From the NCBI GenBank assembly GCA_964234715.1, contig OZ174287.1: a stretch of DNA of 64,000 bases. One strand, written 5' to 3'. Under the pieces are notes generated by a model. It was given only the letters and a program-made list of their open reading frames with translations. It ran no database searches and was not told the DNA's origin. This DNA is from Podarcis melisellensis (Eukaryota). Every line of letters begins with the position of its first letter. Position 1 is the stretch's first letter. Below are positions 60,298 through 64,000 of the stretch, piece after piece. The translations under genes were made by a program, and so were the position numbers.

Positions 60298-62273
60298 ATG
60301 ATGTTGTGGCTAATGGTGCTCCTGTTTCTATTGCCTGAAAACACATGCAAAATAGATATTGTGAAGTGCCCTGCAATTGATCCCTTCCCTATTCCACATG
60401 AGTGGTACCAGCCAGGTGGCCTCCTCATCGGTGGAGTGACTTCCCAGATCATTTACACTTCTGATGAACTATTATTCCTGGAACACCCATCTCAGAAGCT
60501 CTTTGAGATTTCAGAGTATGCATTCTGTTCATTCTGTTTCATCTGAGTTTGGTCAAACAACTAACAAGGGGTTTAGGTCCACAAGTTGAAAGAATGTATC
60601 AGGGGCTAGCTTTCTCCCCATCATAAATGTACCATTGTCATGCATAACGAAGCAAGTTGAAAGACGATGCACACATCTAAAGATACATCCTCTCAATGTT
60701 TAGGGGTGGCATTCTGATCCACCCTCTGAATTGCAGGGTTCAAATGGTGCATTCAAAATCACTCTTCTATTTCAATTGCATTTGCAAACACACACACACA
60801 CACACACTGTTCTCCCATGATCACAGTTATTTCTGCTTGGAAGGGTTGGAGGGTTTTTTGTTTACTGAAGGAGTGCAGAATGAGGTATTTATGGTGATAT
60901 GATTTGTTAGTCATACTCAGAATAGACCTGTTGAAATTGGCAGAGATGTTAAGTAAATTGATTTGAATGAGTCTAATTCTAAGTATGACTTAGCTGGATA
61001 TCACTTAGATTAATTTTGCATCCAATTTTCATGTAATTAAATATATATTTATGCAATGGAGCCATTGGTCTAATAATATTGAAGTGTTGGGGGTAGTGTC
61101 ACAATTTAATTCAAAACTATGCAAATCCTCAATAGCTGAAAATGACTGCAGTGCAAAAAAAAATATGTGAAGACTCTTGACCTGGCTGTTAGGTTTTCAA
61201 AAATAGGACAACCATGAAAGCTTGTGTTAGGGTTGAACAAGTGTGTTTAAAAAATGTAAACGTGTGAAAAAAAAATTGGAAAAGTTTGTACTTGTACTTG
61301 TAATCCATTCCAGAAGTCCGTTTGCAAACCAAAACAGGTTGTAACCCAAGGCGCGCTTTTGCCAATGGGGCCTCCAAATTTTTTTGTTCATAATCCCCCA
61401 AAAGGGGTGTGTGTGTTGTAATCCAAAAAAAGGTTGCAAACCAGGACACGCACTTCCGGGTTTGATGTGTTTGTAATCCAAAACGTATGCAAACCAAGGT
61501 ACCACTATACTGACAATGATCTGGTTCATATATGTTGTGCTGAGGATTCATCATCACAACTTCAAATGATGGGAATAGTTTGAGCTTTTAAAAGCATTGT
61601 GTTATTTTCTGGCAACTTCAGTCTTCCCAGCTAGTGCATGTCCAAGAATTCATGTTGAAGGATACCCTGATGTAACATCCTCCCATTGGCTTTTCAGAAA
61701 ATGCTGCAGCAAGTTGAAATACTGTGTTGTTCTTCACACTAGTGTGAGCAGCCTGATACCTGTCCCATTTTCCTGATAAATTAAATGGTAAAAGAAAAAC
61801 CCTCAGCCACCTCATAGAGGTATTATGTAGATTAAGTGCCAACCCATCAACCTCACTCCTGAAAATTATCCGAAATTATCCTCCACCGTCCCAGTATGGG
61901 CATAATATGGGGGGAGGGTGAATAGACCCCCAAGCTTGTGGAACCATTTGGGGCACTCCTTTAATTATATGTGGCATACATTGGTGGGGGTTGGCAATAT
62001 CGGACATAACCTTACTTTTCTGCACTTGGATCAAACATGCAGAATTGCACTTTCTATGCTTTTCCTATGAAACTTGATTTTATGTCCAGCTTTTCCCAGC
62101 TTATTTTCATCTGTCTACATATACTACCAACCCCACACACTTCCTTTGAAACCCATATCCCACCCCACCCCCTATTATTGACATTTGATTGTTTGTTTCC
62201 ATTTTTAAACTCTAAGTGAGAATGTTGAATGGAAAAAAACAACTCACAGAAAGTATAGCCACACTACAGCTGC

Positions 62274-62304
<31 letters not shown>

Positions 62305-63689
62305 TCTTCTTCTTCTTCTTCTTCTTCTTCTTCTTCTTCTTCTTCTTCTTCTTCTTCTTCTTCAGAATTATCCTCTGAAATAGTCATTTATCTTTACTGG
62401 CAGTGTGGTGACCAAGTTCTACCAACATGCCCTGGCCTTGGCATACACCATCAATGAGATCAACAAGAACCCCAATGTCTTGACCAATGTCACATTGGGA
62501 TTCCACATCCATGACAGCTACTCCAATCCAAGGATGACCTATCGTGGCACTCTGGATGCGCTCTTCAAATCACACAGATTTGCCCCCAACTACAAATGTG
62601 ACACCCAGAAAAACCTCATAGCTGTCATTGGTGGACTTGGCTTTGATACCTCTTCTCTTATGGCAGAAATTCTAGATCTCTACAAGATTCCACAGGTAAG
62701 ATATGTGCATGAGGATCGGGAGACATTCACAGGCTGCACTCTTCTTTTGTAATTCTGAGAGTAGGTTTTCAGTTACTACTACGACTAACAAATGAAATGT
62801 GTGCATTACTTTATAGCTCACTTATGGCTCATTTGCTGTAGAGGACAGGGAAAAAACACAATATCGATCATTTTACCACATGGTTCCAAATTTAGCTCAT
62901 CAGTACAATGGGATTGTTCACTTGCTTCTACATTTCAGATGGACATGGGTAGGACTCATTGTTTTGGATGATGGCAGTGGAGGACATTTCTTGCAGACCC
63001 TGGAAGCATCGTTTCTCCAGCATGGAATCTGTTCAGCTTTCACACTAAGGCTTCCAGCACAAGGCCACTGGGATGAACTTGATGAAATTTTTCATGTGTT
63101 CTCGAATATCAATGCATCTTTCGCAGATGATGGAACCAATGTATATATACTCAATGGGCAGTCCATGGCAATAGCATGGCTGAGAGCATGTATAACTCTA
63201 CATTCAGGTACAACTCCTGGAAATGTAGAGATGTCTTCATTTACAAAAGTATGGATTATGACTATTCAGACTGATTTCTTATCAACGGGCATGCAAAGAA
63301 ACTGGGGGTTTCAGCTCTTCCAAGGTGCCATTTCCTTCACCATTCACACAAAAGAGCTTTCAGAATTTGAGGAATTTATTCAGAAAATAAAACCTGGCTG
63401 GAATAAAGGAGATGGTTTCCTCAAGGATTTCTGGGAGCAAGCTTTTGACTGTTCATTTCCAGATATAAACATGACGTTGCAGGTCAATGGGACATGTGGT
63501 GGAGATGAGAGGCTGGATAGTCTTCCTAGGCAACTTTTTGAAATGGACATGACTGGCCACAGCTACAGTATCTATAATGCTGTCCATGCTGTTGCTCATT
63601 CTTTGCATGCAATTTACTCAACTAGATCCAAGCACAGAGCAATGGCGGGTAGCAGAAGATTTGACCTTCAAGATATCCAGCCTTGGCAG
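60298..63689 (+). CDS. Vomeronasal type-2 receptor gene 6 (V2R, Vmn2r26-like), 3'-partial: exons 60298(or 60301)-60515, 62404-62695, 62817-63689
   Basis: Signal peptide, [48 protein letters not shown]. Introns are gt-ag and the frame is open. Exons 4-6 are expected beyond the window. Confidence 0.9.
61289..61507. mobile_element. One-ended Tigger-like MITE fragment (related to 23906-24601)
   Basis: Right TIR AACCAAGGTACCACT(A)TA and the shared internal AATGGGGCCTCC. The left TIR is absent. Confidence 0.55.
62268..62363. repeat. (CTG)n/(CTT)n compound microsatellite about 40 bp upstream of gene 6 exon 2
   Basis: Direct reading. Confidence 0.95.
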
Positions 63690-64000
63690 GTAATGGCTCT
63701 GCAATAAGCATGCTTATTACATAGTACATGTTGCTGCAAGAAACCACAACCAATTTTGAGTAAGTACTTGGTTCTATAAAATGGGCATGGGGGATGTATA
63801 AGTTAGGAAAAGGGATCTCATCAACATGTAGCTGTGTTAGCTATTCTGTAGCCCACTCTTGAAGGCAGAGCAATTCTCAGTATTGCCAAGTTCCCAACAT
63901 TCTCCCTCTCACGTCTTTTGAGGACAACAAATGCTATGCAAAGGTGGAATGAGTTCTTAGCTCTGTCCTAGATCAAATTACACAATGAACATCACGAAGG

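Overview
Vertebrate genomic DNA from a squamate reptile, probably a lacertid lizard; this is inferred from the repeat content (BovB, Sauria SINE, Squam3/MIR-like SINE, CR1, L2, L1-clade). The window holds a tandem, co-oriented (+ strand) cluster of six vomeronasal type-2 receptor (V2R, class C GPCR) genes with the canonical 6-exon layout. Four are complete with open spliced frames (869, 872, 875 and 875 aa by my exon arithmetic). One lacks exons 1-2, which may lie off the left edge, and one runs off the right edge after exon 3. The window also contains a DDX10 processed pseudogene (minus strand, left edge), a decayed duplicate of a V2R exon-3 5' segment split by an L1-clade insertion, an intact 981-aa Rex1/Babar-type LINE in intron 4 of the first V2R, and a Penelope-derived 74-bp perfect inverted repeat with a minimal hammerhead-ribozyme core. 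There are many MITEs and LINE/SINE fragments with readable target-site duplications (TSDs), and a 714-N assembly gap. I found no convincing wholly new biological system. The best leads are the young intact Rex1 element, the hammerhead/hairpin, gene-conversion tracts between V2R paralogues, and a conserved upstream motif block shared by five V2R genes. All coordinates were read by eye.
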